Below, one piece after another: positions 9,259-19,464 of a stretch of DNA of 64,000 nucleotides. The position numbers and the translations under genes are program-made. The stretch is taken from the sequence record OR532817.1; one strand, given 5' to 3'. The notes below the pieces were generated by a model. It was not told the DNA's origin, did not search any database, and saw nothing but the letters and a program-made list of their open reading frames with translations. How positions within the stretch are numbered: the first letter of the stretch is position 1; each line of letters opens with the position of its first letter.

Positions 9259-9696
9259 ATGAAACTATATCTATTAGTTAACAGTTATTGTACTGGTAAA
9301 CAAGCATATATTCAGGCAATGCACTCTGGTTTTGATCTACTCATGAAATATCATGATGATTCAGCCTATGGTACCAAATGTGTTGATATGATCACCGATT
9401 GGTACAATAATCATAAAACAGTAGTAGTACTGAATGCTGGTAATTCAGATATGCTTCATTATTATGAGACCATTCTTGACGCACAACAAACAGTCCCATA
9501 CGATGTTTTCTGTGAACCCGGACTGGATGGTGCCATGACTGCAATCGCAGTACTCGCAAGTACTGAAATGGTGGAAGATATGAAACATATGCGTGATGGT
9601 TTATATGATGATGTTCCTGGGTTTTTTGGTGTAAAATACGGGTGTGAATTAGAAGAAATCCTAACTGACATTAGTACCATGAGAACTGCGGATTAA
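9259..9696 (+). CDS. peptidyl-tRNA hydrolase PTH2-like protein
   Basis: YLLVN...GKQAYIQAMHS, W...KTVVVL, EPGLDGAMTAIAV pattern. Confidence 0.6.
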   Translation: MKLYLLVNSYCTGKQAYIQAMHSGFDLLMKYHDDSAYGTKCVDMITDWYNNHKTVVVLNAGNSDMLHYYETILDAQQTVPYDVFCEPGLDGAMTAIAVLASTEMVEDMKHMRDGLYDDVPGFFGVKYGCELEEILTDISTMRTAD

Positions 9697-10367
9697 TGAA
9701 AATTTATAATAAAGAAACTAAACTTTATAATAATGTTATAAAATTATATAATTCGGAAATTAATTACTTAAAAAGCAAAGTCAAGAAACTCAAAAATAAC
9801 CCAGTACTTAGAAATGAAATAAAAAGAACCAACGAACTATATACAAAAAAAGCAAAAACAGTATTACCAAAAGAACATTACGAAGCTAGTAGTGCATGGA
9901 TGGAAGCATCCATGAATGTAAACAAAATAAAAAACAATTTGGGAATAAAAAGTTATTCACAACTAATAAAAGATTTAGAAACACAAAAGGAATTTCTATT
10001 AAAAGAAATAGAAAACCATTTAGGTTCAGTTTTATTTCATTTGTGTGAATTAGATGGTAATTCCTCAACGCATTATTCTTTCTTTAGTATGAATGGTGTA
10101 TATATTTGGATTACCAACATCGCAACATCATATATTTTATATGATAATTTTGATTATTACAGTACTGAATTATTTGAGGAACTTATAAAGTACCTTCCCA
10201 AGAAAAATTCTGAACTGAAATTCATTTTGCATGGTAAAAATAAGCATATAATTGTAAAAGATGATATTTTTATTCTTTTTGATGAAGTAAATTTTAACCA
10301 TTTTAGTACAGGATCACTACAGGAATTATTTGAAGAAATTATAAGGATTAATAATGAGTATACCTAG
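9696..10367 (+). CDS. hypothetical protein with an N-terminal coiled coil
   Basis: 223 aa, coupled to its neighbours. Confidence 0.8.
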   Translation: MKIYNKETKLYNNVIKLYNSEINYLKSKVKKLKNNPVLRNEIKRTNELYTKKAKTVLPKEHYEASSAWMEASMNVNKIKNNLGIKSYSQLIKDLETQKEFLLKEIENHLGSVLFHLCELDGNSSTHYSFFSMNGVYIWITNIATSYILYDNFDYYSTELFEELIKYLPKKNSELKFILHGKNKHIIVKDDIFILFDEVNFNHFSTGSLQELFEEIIRINNEYT

Positions 10368-11568
10368 TAAATTATACGTAGCACGTTCATATGCTGGAAC
10401 AGATAAAATAAATGGAAGTATAATCGATGCAACAAAAGATCATACTAAAGCATATCAGGATAAAAAATCCAGAGTAGATCAACGTCACCGACATAATACA
10501 CTGGCTTCACTTGAACTGGATAATGTCCCAACAAAGGGGTTCAGCGTAGTCAAACAATATAGTTATGTCAGCCGTGAATGTTTTTTTTCTATTCATCACC
10601 CAAGAGGTTTTGAATTTAGTATTTCAGTACAAAATATGATTGATTTGATTGCTAACAATAATATCATCAATGGTTCATTTGTTGATGAAATGTACTTCGA
10701 TGATAAATTACAACTAATCAACAGTAATACTGAAGCGTTTGAAAAAATGAAAAAACGCGAAGAAATCAAAGAGAAGAACAAAAATACAAAAGAAAATCTT
10801 AAATGTGGTAGTGGTTTTGTTTATCTGAAAAATGAATTCTATTACTGTGGTAAAGTTCATGCAATTAGTGTTCATGCAAACAAAGATTATGCATTAACTG
10901 ATAAAAGTCGTTCATATGATTTAGTATATGATATTGGCAAGAAACTCTATTCTTTGTGTAATGATTTGAGTAAGTACCAAATTGAACAAAGAGCACTTCT
11001 TAATACAAAAACTGATTTAGAAACAGAAGTACAGAAAGCAAATACATATTTTCAAAGTACAGTCAAAAAAGAATATGCACCTCTTTCTGACCAAAGAGAA
11101 CCAGTACTAATTCATACCAAATCATTCAAGAAATCCGACTTACGTATTCAGTACAATGATATTTCTTATTCAGAAATGTCAAACGGTGTAAATTATTTTT
11201 GTTCTAATTTATTATACTTAGCAGAATATAATAATAACACATATAGAGTGTTCTTTGGTCTTAATAAAAACTATAAGCCAGGTGTATACCGACATTATAG
11301 TAATGATTATGATATAATCAATTCGGGTAATTTTGAGATTTACTGTGCATACCCATGTACTGTATCAGAAAATACATTAGAAATTGATGTTGACATTAAT
11401 GATCATTATTCTTTTGCTATGTGGGGTAAATATAAATCACCATTCTATCCACCAACCAAATGTTATGATGCATATAATCTCAGTTATAAAAACAAAAAAG
11501 AATTAGTTCATCTTGAACCATCGAAAACGACGCTAAAAGTTGGTCATTATTATCTACAAGGAAAGTAA
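10354..11568 (+). CDS. conserved large-phage hypothetical protein
   Basis: 404 aa; DNVPTKGF...HPRGFEFSISVQN pattern recalled from phage hypotheticals. Confidence 0.8.
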   Translation: MSIPSKLYVARSYAGTDKINGSIIDATKDHTKAYQDKKSRVDQRHRHNTLASLELDNVPTKGFSVVKQYSYVSRECFFSIHHPRGFEFSISVQNMIDLIANNNIINGSFVDEMYFDDKLQLINSNTEAFEKMKKREEIKEKNKNTKENLKCGSGFVYLKNEFYYCGKVHAISVHANKDYALTDKSRSYDLVYDIGKKLYSLCNDLSKYQIEQRALLNTKTDLETEVQKANTYFQSTVKKEYAPLSDQREPVLIHTKSFKKSDLRIQYNDISYSEMSNGVNYFCSNLLYLAEYNNNTYRVFFGLNKNYKPGVYRHYSNDYDIINSGNFEIYCAYPCTVSENTLEIDVDINDHYSFAMWGKYKSPFYPPTKCYDAYNLSYKNKKELVHLEPSKTTLKVGHYYLQGK

Positions 11569-11571
11569 AAA

Positions 11572-12975
11572 ATGAGCATTTTGTCCATTCTAAATGAAAT
11601 TAAAAATACCAGCAGTACTAATGCAAAAAAAGATATTCTAAGAGAAAATAAAAATAATATTTTACTACAAAAAGTAATCAAATACGCATTGGATCCTCTT
11701 AAAGTTTATGGATATAAAAAGCTTCCAGAACCAGTCTCAGACGGTTTCAAAATGAGCCTTAATGATGCACTGGACGCACTTGACCGTATTGCTAGTCGTG
11801 AATTTACTGGTCATGCTGGTCGTGATTTTATTGCATCAGTACTTGGTTCAGTTAATGAAGATGATGCTGAAGTACTTCGTAAAGTATTGGTTAAAAACCT
11901 AGATAATGGTATTCAAGCAAAAATGGCAAATGCTGTTTTTGGTAATATCGTTCTCGATGAAAGTTATATGCGTTGTGATCTACTTACTGCAAAAACGGCA
12001 AAAAAAATTAATTTTAAAAAGTTTGGCTATGCAGTTAGTGAATTGAAACATGATGGACAATATCTTTCGCATATTATCAAAGATGGAAAAGTCACCAGTA
12101 CCAGTCGAAACTCCAAAATATATGACTTTTATGGAACTAAAGATGATGATATGCTAAAACTTGCTGAACTTATTCAAAGTTCCGACTCTCGTTTTAGTTC
12201 CGGTGTTGTTGTGATGGGTGAAGCATTAGTATACAGTACTGACATGATTAACCCAGAACCACGAACTACTGGTAATGGTATTATTCAGAAATTTGGTAAA
12301 AATGGTGGTACTATTGACGAAGCCCACAGGGTATTCTTTAAACTATGGGATGTTGTTCCATATGATGCGTTCATTGAAGGTGAGTGGGATGTTATTAGAA
12401 AGGAACGCCGAGAACTATTAGAAAATACATTAAATGAATTAAATTCTAACTTTGTTAAAATGACTGAGTACAGAATCGTTCATTCATTTAAAGAAGCATT
12501 TGATTATAATACAGAAGTGATGACACAAGGTTCCGAAGGTACTATCATCAAGTCTGAAGACAATATTTTCAAATCACATACATCACCAACACAACTTAAA
12601 GTCAAACTCAAGATGGAAGTTGATTTGAAAATTGTTGGATTTGAAAAAGGTGTAGGAAAACGTAAAGGAACACTTGGTTCTATTATTCTACAAAGTGATG
12701 ATGGTCAATTAGTGACCAACTGTGGGACTGGTTTCACTGATAAAATGCTTGACGAAATCTGGAAAAACAGAGATAATCTTCTTTACAAAATCGTAGCAGT
12801 TGAAGCAAATGATATAGTACTGGATAAGCGTACAAAAGTTCCTAGTTTATTCTTACCAGTATTTGTTGAAATTCGTGAAGATAAAAATACTGCTGATACA
12901 TATAGTAGAATTCAAGAAATCAAAGAAAGTAGTATTGAAGTATTCAGTACTAAACTATTAGAATCAATCAAATAA
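11572..12975 (+). CDS. lig: ATP-dependent DNA ligase
   Basis: ELKHDG motif I, EGTIIK, KVKLKMEVDL, GSIILQSDDG...CGTGF, LFLPVFVEIREDK. Confidence 0.95.
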   Translation: MSILSILNEIKNTSSTNAKKDILRENKNNILLQKVIKYALDPLKVYGYKKLPEPVSDGFKMSLNDALDALDRIASREFTGHAGRDFIASVLGSVNEDDAEVLRKVLVKNLDNGIQAKMANAVFGNIVLDESYMRCDLLTAKTAKKINFKKFGYAVSELKHDGQYLSHIIKDGKVTSTSRNSKIYDFYGTKDDDMLKLAELIQSSDSRFSSGVVVMGEALVYSTDMINPEPRTTGNGIIQKFGKNGGTIDEAHRVFFKLWDVVPYDAFIEGEWDVIRKERRELLENTLNELNSNFVKMTEYRIVHSFKEAFDYNTEVMTQGSEGTIIKSEDNIFKSHTSPTQLKVKLKMEVDLKIVGFEKGVGKRKGTLGSIILQSDDGQLVTNCGTGFTDKMLDEIWKNRDNLLYKIVAVEANDIVLDKRTKVPSLFLPVFVEIREDKNTADTYSRIQEIKESSIEVFSTKLLESIK

Positions 12976-13015
12976 TGAACAGGAATAGAGAGTACTAAGT
13001 ACTCTCTAACTTATT

Positions 13016-13411
13016 ATGTACATAAAAATGCTAAATTTTAGGAATAATGATTTTATATTTACATCAACTGCATCACCACAGTCGTATTTGAATATGAATA
13101 ATCTACCTTCTGGTATTATGTATCATTGTGATGTATCTACAATTTTCGATTCCAATAATCCTGAATTTCATTTCGTTGAAAAATCAAGATATAATAACAA
13201 TGTTGGTATTATCAATGGTGGATTATATGAATATGCATTTGATTACGATAAAAATTATTATGTAGCAATACCAAGTAGTAGTTTAGTGTATTCATATATG
13301 CTGACTGATATAATTGGATTACCATTCAGTACTAAATTATTGAAATTTGATTTGAGGGTGATTGAACCAGTACTATTATGGGATTTTATTTTTGCAATGA
13401 AATCGCTTTAA
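13016..13411 (+). CDS. hypothetical protein
   Basis: 131-aa ORF. Confidence 0.7.
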   Translation: MYIKMLNFRNNDFIFTSTASPQSYLNMNNLPSGIMYHCDVSTIFDSNNPEFHFVEKSRYNNNVGIINGGLYEYAFDYDKNYYVAIPSSSLVYSYMLTDIIGLPFSTKLLKFDLRVIEPVLLWDFIFAMKSL

Positions 13412-13464
13412 TTCTTGACAAATGAAAAAATGAAAAAAATATTTAAATATTTTGAAAAAAATGA

Positions 13465-13494
13465 TTGACTTAAAATGTTTTTATATGTTACAAT
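13465..13494 (+). promoter_or_regulatory. sigma70-like promoter for clpP
   Basis: TTGACT-18-TACAAT with an extended -10 TG. Confidence 0.6.
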
Positions 13495-13529
13495 GTTTAC
13501 ATAAATCGATGAACAAAGAGGAAAATGCA

Positions 13530-14231
13530 ATGTTTGAACAATTCATGTTTGGTGGTTATGTTGATGGTACACAAGTAACAAATCAATCCATTCCATATGT
13601 GGTTGAAAAAGAGAATGGTCAAGAACGTACTTATGACCTAGCTTCTCGTATGATGAAAGATCGTTTGATTTTTCTAGATACCGATTTCAATGACCAAATG
13701 GCACATGTTATCAAAATGCAACTTCTGTGGCTTGATTCTCAGAGTGATGAGCCTATTACTTTATATATTTGTAGTCCAGGTGGTTCTGTTGTTAGTGGAC
13801 TAGGTATTGCCGATGTTGTACATTCTCTTCGCTCTCCAGTACGTACTGTAGTAATGGGTTATGCCGCTTCCATGGGTTGTTATACTCAAAGTACCATGGG
13901 TACTCCCGGTTATCGTTTGGGTGGACAACGATCCTATGTAATGTGTCACCAAGTTTCCAGTGGTACTAAAGGTGTAATTATGGATCAGAAAATTTCTCTT
14001 GCTCATTCTGAACGTTTAAACACTCTATTAATGACAGAAATTGCTAACGCAGTTGGTGTTAGTTATGAACAACTACTGGAAGATGCTAATCGTGATTTGT
14101 GGTTAAATGCAGAAGAGGCTTTAAACTACGGAACGAAAGGATTTTACGATGCTATTATTTTAGATGGTAAACCAAATAACAAAGGCCAATATCGTGTAAA
14201 ACGACGTAATGGTGTGGAAGATTGGGTATAA
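13530..14231 (+). CDS. clpP: ClpP-like protease proteolytic subunit
   Basis: YDLASRMMKDRLIFL, CSPGGSV, AASMG (catalytic Ser), MCHQ (His), RDLWL (Asp); GAGG RBS places the start at 13530, not 13452. Confidence 0.93.
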   Translation: MFEQFMFGGYVDGTQVTNQSIPYVVEKENGQERTYDLASRMMKDRLIFLDTDFNDQMAHVIKMQLLWLDSQSDEPITLYICSPGGSVVSGLGIADVVHSLRSPVRTVVMGYAASMGCYTQSTMGTPGYRLGGQRSYVMCHQVSSGTKGVIMDQKISLAHSERLNTLLMTEIANAVGVSYEQLLEDANRDLWLNAEEALNYGTKGFYDAIILDGKPNNKGQYRVKRRNGVEDWV

Positions 14232-14255
14232 AATAGTACTGAATTATATTAAACT

Positions 14256-14274
14256 TGCCCCAGTATATGGGGCA
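14256..14274 (+). terminator. terminator-like hairpin after clpP
   Basis: TGCCCCA-gtata-TGGGGCA. Confidence 0.6.
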
Positions 14275-14293
14275 TTATTTAAATGGATTTTAA

Positions 14294-15229
14294 ATGAAAA
14301 AAAGAATATCAAAAGAACAATTTTTACAAGAGGCACATCTAAAATTTAATAGTAAGTTCATATATCTAATAAATGATAATTCTTGGACTGGAATTACTTC
14401 AATAATTGGTGTAATATGTCCTGATCATGGAATAAAATATACAACTGCATTCAATCATAGGAAAGGGTTATATGGTTGTATGGGATGCCTACACGACGCA
14501 CAACGTAAAAATATAGAACAATTTATCAATGAATCTATAGATAAACATGGTAATTTATATGATTACTCTAAAGTAAAATATATCAACAAAGAAACTAAAG
14601 TATGTATTATTTGCCCAATACATGGTGAATTTTGGCAAACACCAGCAGATCATATTAGACCATACGGTTGTAAAGATTGTGCTCGTGAAAATTCTAAAAT
14701 AGGTTATGATGAATTTGTTAGACGTAGTAACATAAAACATAATAACAAATATGATTATTCTAAAGTAGAATATAATAGATGTGATGAACGTGTTTGTATT
14801 ATTTGTCCTAAACATGGCGAATTTTGGCAATTTGTAACTGGGCATATGCATAGCGGTAATGGTTGTATTAATTGTGCTCGTGAAGAGATGTATCAATCTA
14901 AACCAGTACTTAAAATTAAACAGTATCTATTAGAAAATAATTACAATATAGTAATGGAAAAGTCATTTAGTGATTGTAGAAATGAGAATACATTACCATT
15001 TGATTTTTATTTAGAAGAATATAATCTATGTATCGAATATGATGGTGAACAACACTATAAATCTATTGAATTCTTTGGTGGAGAAGAAAAGCTTATTAAG
15101 CAACAACAAAATGATTCTATAAAGAATCAATATTGTAAAGACAACAATATAAATCTTTTACGTATACGATTTGATGAAGATCCTATACTTAAAATTAAAG
15201 AATACTTTAACAACATAAGGTCTATATGA
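14294..15229 (+). mobile_element. free-standing putative homing endonuclease (repeated Cys/His DNA-binding modules plus a C-terminal PD-(D/E)XK-like domain)
   Basis: repeats of YDYSKV.Y.....VCIICP.HGEFWQ; C-terminal LPFDFYLEEYNLCIEYDGEQHY. Confidence 0.75.
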
Positions 15230-15507
15230 AACAATTAATTCGAAACAATACAAATGAAGAATCCGAAATTCTAGATGATACCGAATTTCTCAGTACTGCA
15301 TTAGAACAGATCAGTACTACTGCATTAAATCTCAAAGAAGTTGATGCAACTGATAAATTACTTGATGGTTTTTCAGATATTCTTGAACTTCTTAGTGAAG
15401 TACTTCTTAAAAATAATATCAATCCAAAAAATGCTTTTATTCATGCAGAAAATCTACGTCAAGAAAAGGGAACTTTTCATGACAAGAAAGCAATTAATAA
15501 AGACTAA
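15226..15507 (+). CDS. MazG-like / PRA-PH nucleotide pyrophosphohydrolase (degenerate)
   Basis: SDILELL...INP......LRQEKGTF matches the family C-terminal pattern. Confidence 0.55.
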   Translation: MKQLIRNNTNEESEILDDTEFLSTALEQISTTALNLKEVDATDKLLDGFSDILELLSEVLLKNNINPKNAFIHAENLRQEKGTFHDKKAINKD

Positions 15508-15530
15508 CATCAATTAAAAGGAATTAGAAT

Positions 15531-15995
15531 ATGTCACAACAAGAACAATATGAACTAGGTAAAGTATCTTTCAACAACGGTATTGTATATACTCAGGAAG
15601 AACTTAAACAATGTAATCCACTATTTCGTACTGGATATAAGGCTGCACAACAAGCAGCGATGCTACGAAATAACAACATTTTCCCCACTGTACTCTTCGA
15701 TGTTCCAAAACGTCCAGAAATTTTCAAACCAACATGGGTTGATATCATGAGTGCAATGAAACGCCCACGATACCATCGCTTACATAGTAATGAAGGCCGT
15801 TGGTTGATGTTTGGTATTGCTAAGCACATTGAAACACGTACAAGTGAAATCAAGCGTTATAAAGACGTGCTCACTATGGTGGATGAAGCATTTGACTATG
15901 TTCTCCAATATGGTTATGATGAAGGTGTATTAACGGCACAGGATTGTGAGCAATATAATTACACACCAAAGCCAGTAATTGCAAATAAAGAATAA
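15531..15995 (+). CDS. hypothetical protein
   Basis: 154 aa, AAGGA RBS. Confidence 0.8.
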   Translation: MSQQEQYELGKVSFNNGIVYTQEELKQCNPLFRTGYKAAQQAAMLRNNNIFPTVLFDVPKRPEIFKPTWVDIMSAMKRPRYHRLHSNEGRWLMFGIAKHIETRTSEIKRYKDVLTMVDEAFDYVLQYGYDEGVLTAQDCEQYNYTPKPVIANKE

Positions 15996-16004
15996 AATAG
16001 ATCC

Positions 16005-16030
16005 AGTACTACACTCTATGTGGTATTTTT
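16005..16030 (+). terminator. terminator-like hairpin
   Basis: AGTACTACA-ctcta-TGTGGTATT (two G-U pairs) plus a T tract. Confidence 0.5.
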
Positions 16031-16044
16031 GAGGTAATTGTAAT

Positions 16045-16404
16045 ATGCGTAAAATTATTTGTGTTGATATGGATTATTCCGCTGATCCTCTGTGGTTAGG
16101 AATTGAAGATGTAGATGAACCAGAAAGTATTTCATTCATCAATGAATGTTTGACTGATTACGAGGATGTTTTGAGTAATGAAGTACTACACAGTTTAACT
16201 CTATTCCAATCCACATGGGAAAGTTTTCATAGTTCAAAATACAAATCTGTATTTTCTGCATATTCTTTTCCTGGATCATTCAGTACCAAAGAATACCTGA
16301 GTACTTTAGCTTTTTTGTGTGCTTCACAAATTAAAAAAGAACACCCAGAATGGCGTGTATTTTATACCTCAATGTATGATTATGAAAGGACTGAATTAAA
16401 ATGA
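16045..16404 (+). CDS. hypothetical protein
   Basis: 119 aa, GAGG RBS. Confidence 0.8.
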   Translation: MRKIICVDMDYSADPLWLGIEDVDEPESISFINECLTDYEDVLSNEVLHSLTLFQSTWESFHSSKYKSVFSAYSFPGSFSTKEYLSTLAFLCASQIKKEHPEWRVFYTSMYDYERTELK

Positions 16405-16949
16405 AATTAAAAAATGCAGATGTAAAAAACATTAGTACTAAAATTGAATACTTGCATAAGCGTAGAATTGAACTTGCATATGAAATTAGTACTAAAGCAT
16501 ATAATTTAGTTAAAGGGTTATATGCCGAATATGAAAAAAATTTCAAATATAGTATTTTAAATACACTTCAATTCAAACCACAATCTTTTGATAGTTTTGA
16601 GAAAGATTTGTTTGGTGGTGGAGGATTCTATAGTACCAAAAAGAAAATTGTACTTGATGTAGTTAATCAGACCAATCCAGGTGTTACTAGGGTGATATTT
16701 GTTGATGCTTTGTGGTTTAAAGTCAAATATACTATAACCAACGAAAAGGATGATGATTTTATTCATCGTGCTGATACAGTAGGTCAAATTTTTGTAGATC
16801 ACAATAAAGACTTTGATTTTTATAAAAAATTCCGTATTATTTCTGAATTGGGTGATATCGTATATGAAGATTCAGATTTATCCCGAATTACACGCTGGGA
16901 AAGAGAGATTGATAATATGGAATCAATTTTAGCGGATTACAATAAATGA
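16401..16949 (+). CDS. hypothetical protein
   Basis: 182 aa, coupled. Confidence 0.8.
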   Translation: MKLKNADVKNISTKIEYLHKRRIELAYEISTKAYNLVKGLYAEYEKNFKYSILNTLQFKPQSFDSFEKDLFGGGGFYSTKKKIVLDVVNQTNPGVTRVIFVDALWFKVKYTITNEKDDDFIHRADTVGQIFVDHNKDFDFYKKFRIISELGDIVYEDSDLSRITRWEREIDNMESILADYNK

Positions 16950-17473
16950 TATATCATTTAACTGAAGAACAAAGTACTGAATACTTTAACAATTTAGAAG
17001 CGGTTCTGGACTATCATAAAAAAATTCATACAGATGCATGTAATATTTTAAATTCTTGGTATACTTTTTATAAACTGAATTTTAATAACCTACCATGGTA
17101 TATGAAATTTGGTGTTTTATCATATAAAAAGTTTTTAGCATCTATTGCTAATGATACTGGTTTAGAAATCAGAAATAAAATGTATCAATATGTAACACCA
17201 CGTAATATGTCTGGATGGGTTTATAAATTAAAAATTAATAAAATCCAAAAATTAACTGGTATTGATTTAAGTACCGAAAGTATAAATTTGGTAATTCATG
17301 CAATGCATTTTGGTTTACAATATGATAGTATGTATGATTTGTATAGAACATTAGAAAAAATAAAAAAATATGGTTCAATTCCATATACTATTGATGAATA
17401 TGATTTGAAAATTTTCGAACATGTATCATTTTTAGTACAACATTATAATATAGAGAAATATAATGAAGCATAA
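16946..17473 (+). CDS. hypothetical protein
   Basis: 175 aa, coupled. Confidence 0.8.
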   Translation: MIYHLTEEQSTEYFNNLEAVLDYHKKIHTDACNILNSWYTFYKLNFNNLPWYMKFGVLSYKKFLASIANDTGLEIRNKMYQYVTPRNMSGWVYKLKINKIQKLTGIDLSTESINLVIHAMHFGLQYDSMYDLYRTLEKIKKYGSIPYTIDEYDLKIFEHVSFLVQHYNIEKYNEA

Positions 17474-17933
17474 AACATGGTTAAATATTGCTAAAGCGGT
17501 TGCTGAGGAAAGTAAATGTATTTCACATAAAGTTGGTGCAGTAATTGTAAAGAATAACAGGATTCTAAGTACTGGATATAATGGTACAAGTTCTGGTGCA
17601 GTTAATTGTTGTGATGCGAATAGTCATTTAATTCATAATAATGAATTTCAAAATTGGGTATCAGATGAAGCTAAACATGAACATCATGAGTGGAGTAATA
17701 TTCATGAAATTCACGCAGAAATGAATGCTTTATTGTATAGCTCTCCACAAGAACGACAGGGTGCAACTCTTTACAGTACAATGCAACCCTGCTATACCTG
17801 TTCTAAATTAATTGCAGGAAGTGGTATTACTAATGTAATTTATGAAAAAGAATACCCACGTACACCACCCGAAGCAATTGAAGTTTTAAAAGATGCTGGT
17901 ATTACAGTTAATAAATTGTCAGATTTGGAATAA
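17463..17933 (+). CDS. cd: dCMP deaminase
   Basis: KVGAVIVK, TGYNG, IHAEMNAL and QPCYTCSK zinc motifs. Confidence 0.92.
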   Translation: MKHKTWLNIAKAVAEESKCISHKVGAVIVKNNRILSTGYNGTSSGAVNCCDANSHLIHNNEFQNWVSDEAKHEHHEWSNIHEIHAEMNALLYSSPQERQGATLYSTMQPCYTCSKLIAGSGITNVIYEKEYPRTPPEAIEVLKDAGITVNKLSDLE

Positions 17934-18007
17934 TTATTTTAACATAATAAATGTACTTTTTGAATTATATGTAATTAGAGTATCTTTTGAGTTAAAATAA
18001 TAAAAAA

Positions 18008-18031
18008 AAGGAGAACAGCAACGTTCTCCTT
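18008..18031. terminator. bidirectional terminator between convergent genes
   Basis: AAGGAGAAC-agcaac-GTTCTCCTT, with A and T tracts on either side. Confidence 0.8.
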
Positions 18032-18042
18032 AATTTTTTAAA

Positions 18043-18681
18043 TTATTCTACTGTGACTTCAACAGTATCAGTTTTGTTTCCATCATTGGTGGTTACAGTT
18101 ATAGTTGCAGTACCAGCAGCTACATATGAAACTAGTCCAGTACTATCTACAGTACAAACACCCACTGCACTGGAAGACCATGTAACAGATTTATCGGTTG
18201 CATCCAATGGTAGTACTGAAACGCTTAGTTGCTCGGTACCACCGACTGCACCAGTAAGCGTTTTTGGTGAAACAGTAACGCTTTCTACATGAACGACTGG
18301 TGGTTTTACGTTAGTGCGTCTAAAGATAAATCCACCATTATCCAACTTGACTTTGTTGAGTTGGTAGAGTATACTGAATCCCTCGACACCGGTTTTTGGG
18401 TCAGATTCTTTGATACAAAAGGTATTTACTGCTAGTGAATCAGCAATATCTTCGTCAGCATCGGAATATTTTAGTGCTACCAGATTTGAATCGCGGTGAA
18501 CTAGTCTAATAAATGTATAAACAGTTCCATCTGTGGAAATCAAATCATACACATCAAAAGTTCTTTGTTTGTATACAAATAGGTCGCCAACATGAACTGT
18601 ACCATTAACATTTGCCGCAGTGACTTTCAATCCATCAACAACAAACGGATAATGGTTTTGTTTTGCGATAACACGTGCCAT
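18043..18681 (-). CDS. virion-associated protein with a C-terminal Ig-like (Big_2) domain
   Basis: VESVTVSPKT...QLSVSVLPLDATDKSVTWSSS...TVDSTGLV...GTATITVTTNDGNKT; GGGAG RBS. Confidence 0.85.
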   Translation of the reverse strand: MARVIAKQNHYPFVVDGLKVTAANVNGTVHVGDLFVYKQRTFDVYDLISTDGTVYTFIRLVHRDSNLVALKYSDADEDIADSLAVNTFCIKESDPKTGVEGFSILYQLNKVKLDNGGFIFRRTNVKPPVVHVESVTVSPKTLTGAVGGTEQLSVSVLPLDATDKSVTWSSSAVGVCTVDSTGLVSYVAAGTATITVTTNDGNKTDTVEVTVE

Positions 18682-18780
18682 TATTTTCTCCCTTTTATAA
18701 AAACTTGTAAACGTTATTAAATTTATGTTTATTATAAAATTTTATATAACCTTACTATTATTTACCAATTTAGAGGAAAT

Positions 18781-19377
18781 ATGTTTATTGTACTAAAAGA
18801 ATTTTTATATAATACATTAATTGCTTTTTCACTTATTTTCCCATCACATGATATTCAACAGAATGTAACTGTAAACGATAGTAACGTATTAATTTTTAAT
18901 ACGAAAATAAACGACGAATCAGTACAAAGAGCGGAAACATTATATAAGAAATATAAGTACAAAACCATTTCTATTACCTCACCTGGAGGTGATGTGAATT
19001 CTAGTTTTGAATTAGCAGTCTTTGCTTCTGACCATAATATTAAAGTTCATGTACCACAGTACTGTGCCAGTGCATGTACAGTTATATTTTTTGCCGCTGA
19101 TAAACAAAACAGGGTTATGGATAAAGATGCTATTATCGCTATTCATAATGTTTCGGTTGTGGCTAATAATGATATTTCTGGTAATGAAACCATATCTATC
19201 AATACTGCCATGGATTTAATGAAAGATACATCAGAAATCGTAGCATCTATGTATAGTTTATATGCATATGTTGGTATTCCAGGTGAAATCCTGATGAGAA
19301 CAAGCACTATGCACGGAGCTGATTCTTATCAAATAACAAAAAAACAACTCCAAATGTGGGGCATTTTAGAAAAATAA
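18781..19377 (+). CDS. secreted or membrane ClpP/crotonase-fold protease-like protein
   Basis: hydrophobic N-terminus; ITSPGGDV, CASACT, IAIHN. Confidence 0.65.
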   Translation: MFIVLKEFLYNTLIAFSLIFPSHDIQQNVTVNDSNVLIFNTKINDESVQRAETLYKKYKYKTISITSPGGDVNSSFELAVFASDHNIKVHVPQYCASACTVIFFAADKQNRVMDKDAIIAIHNVSVVANNDISGNETISINTAMDLMKDTSEIVASMYSLYAYVGIPGEILMRTSTMHGADSYQITKKQLQMWGILEK

Positions 19378-19380
19378 ATC

Positions 19381-19408
19381 TGTACAAGAATATCATTTGT
19401 GATATAAT
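19381..19408 (+). promoter_or_regulatory. sigma70-like promoter for the NAD genes
   Basis: extended -10 TG-a-TATAAT, with TGTACA 16 nt upstream. Confidence 0.55.
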
Positions 19409-19464
19409 AATTAAACAGGGAGTGATGTAGCTCTCTTTTATATAGCTTAGGGAGTACTAAGACA

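Noticed and set aside
13415-13420. TTGACA as a promoter -35 element
   Set aside because: No acceptable -10 at 16-18 nt; the TTGACT...TACAAT pair at 13465 fits better.
19412-19428. Possible NadR box upstream of nadM (TAAACA-N5-TGATGT)
   Set aside because: The second half-site matches poorly, and chance matches are likely in AT-rich DNA.
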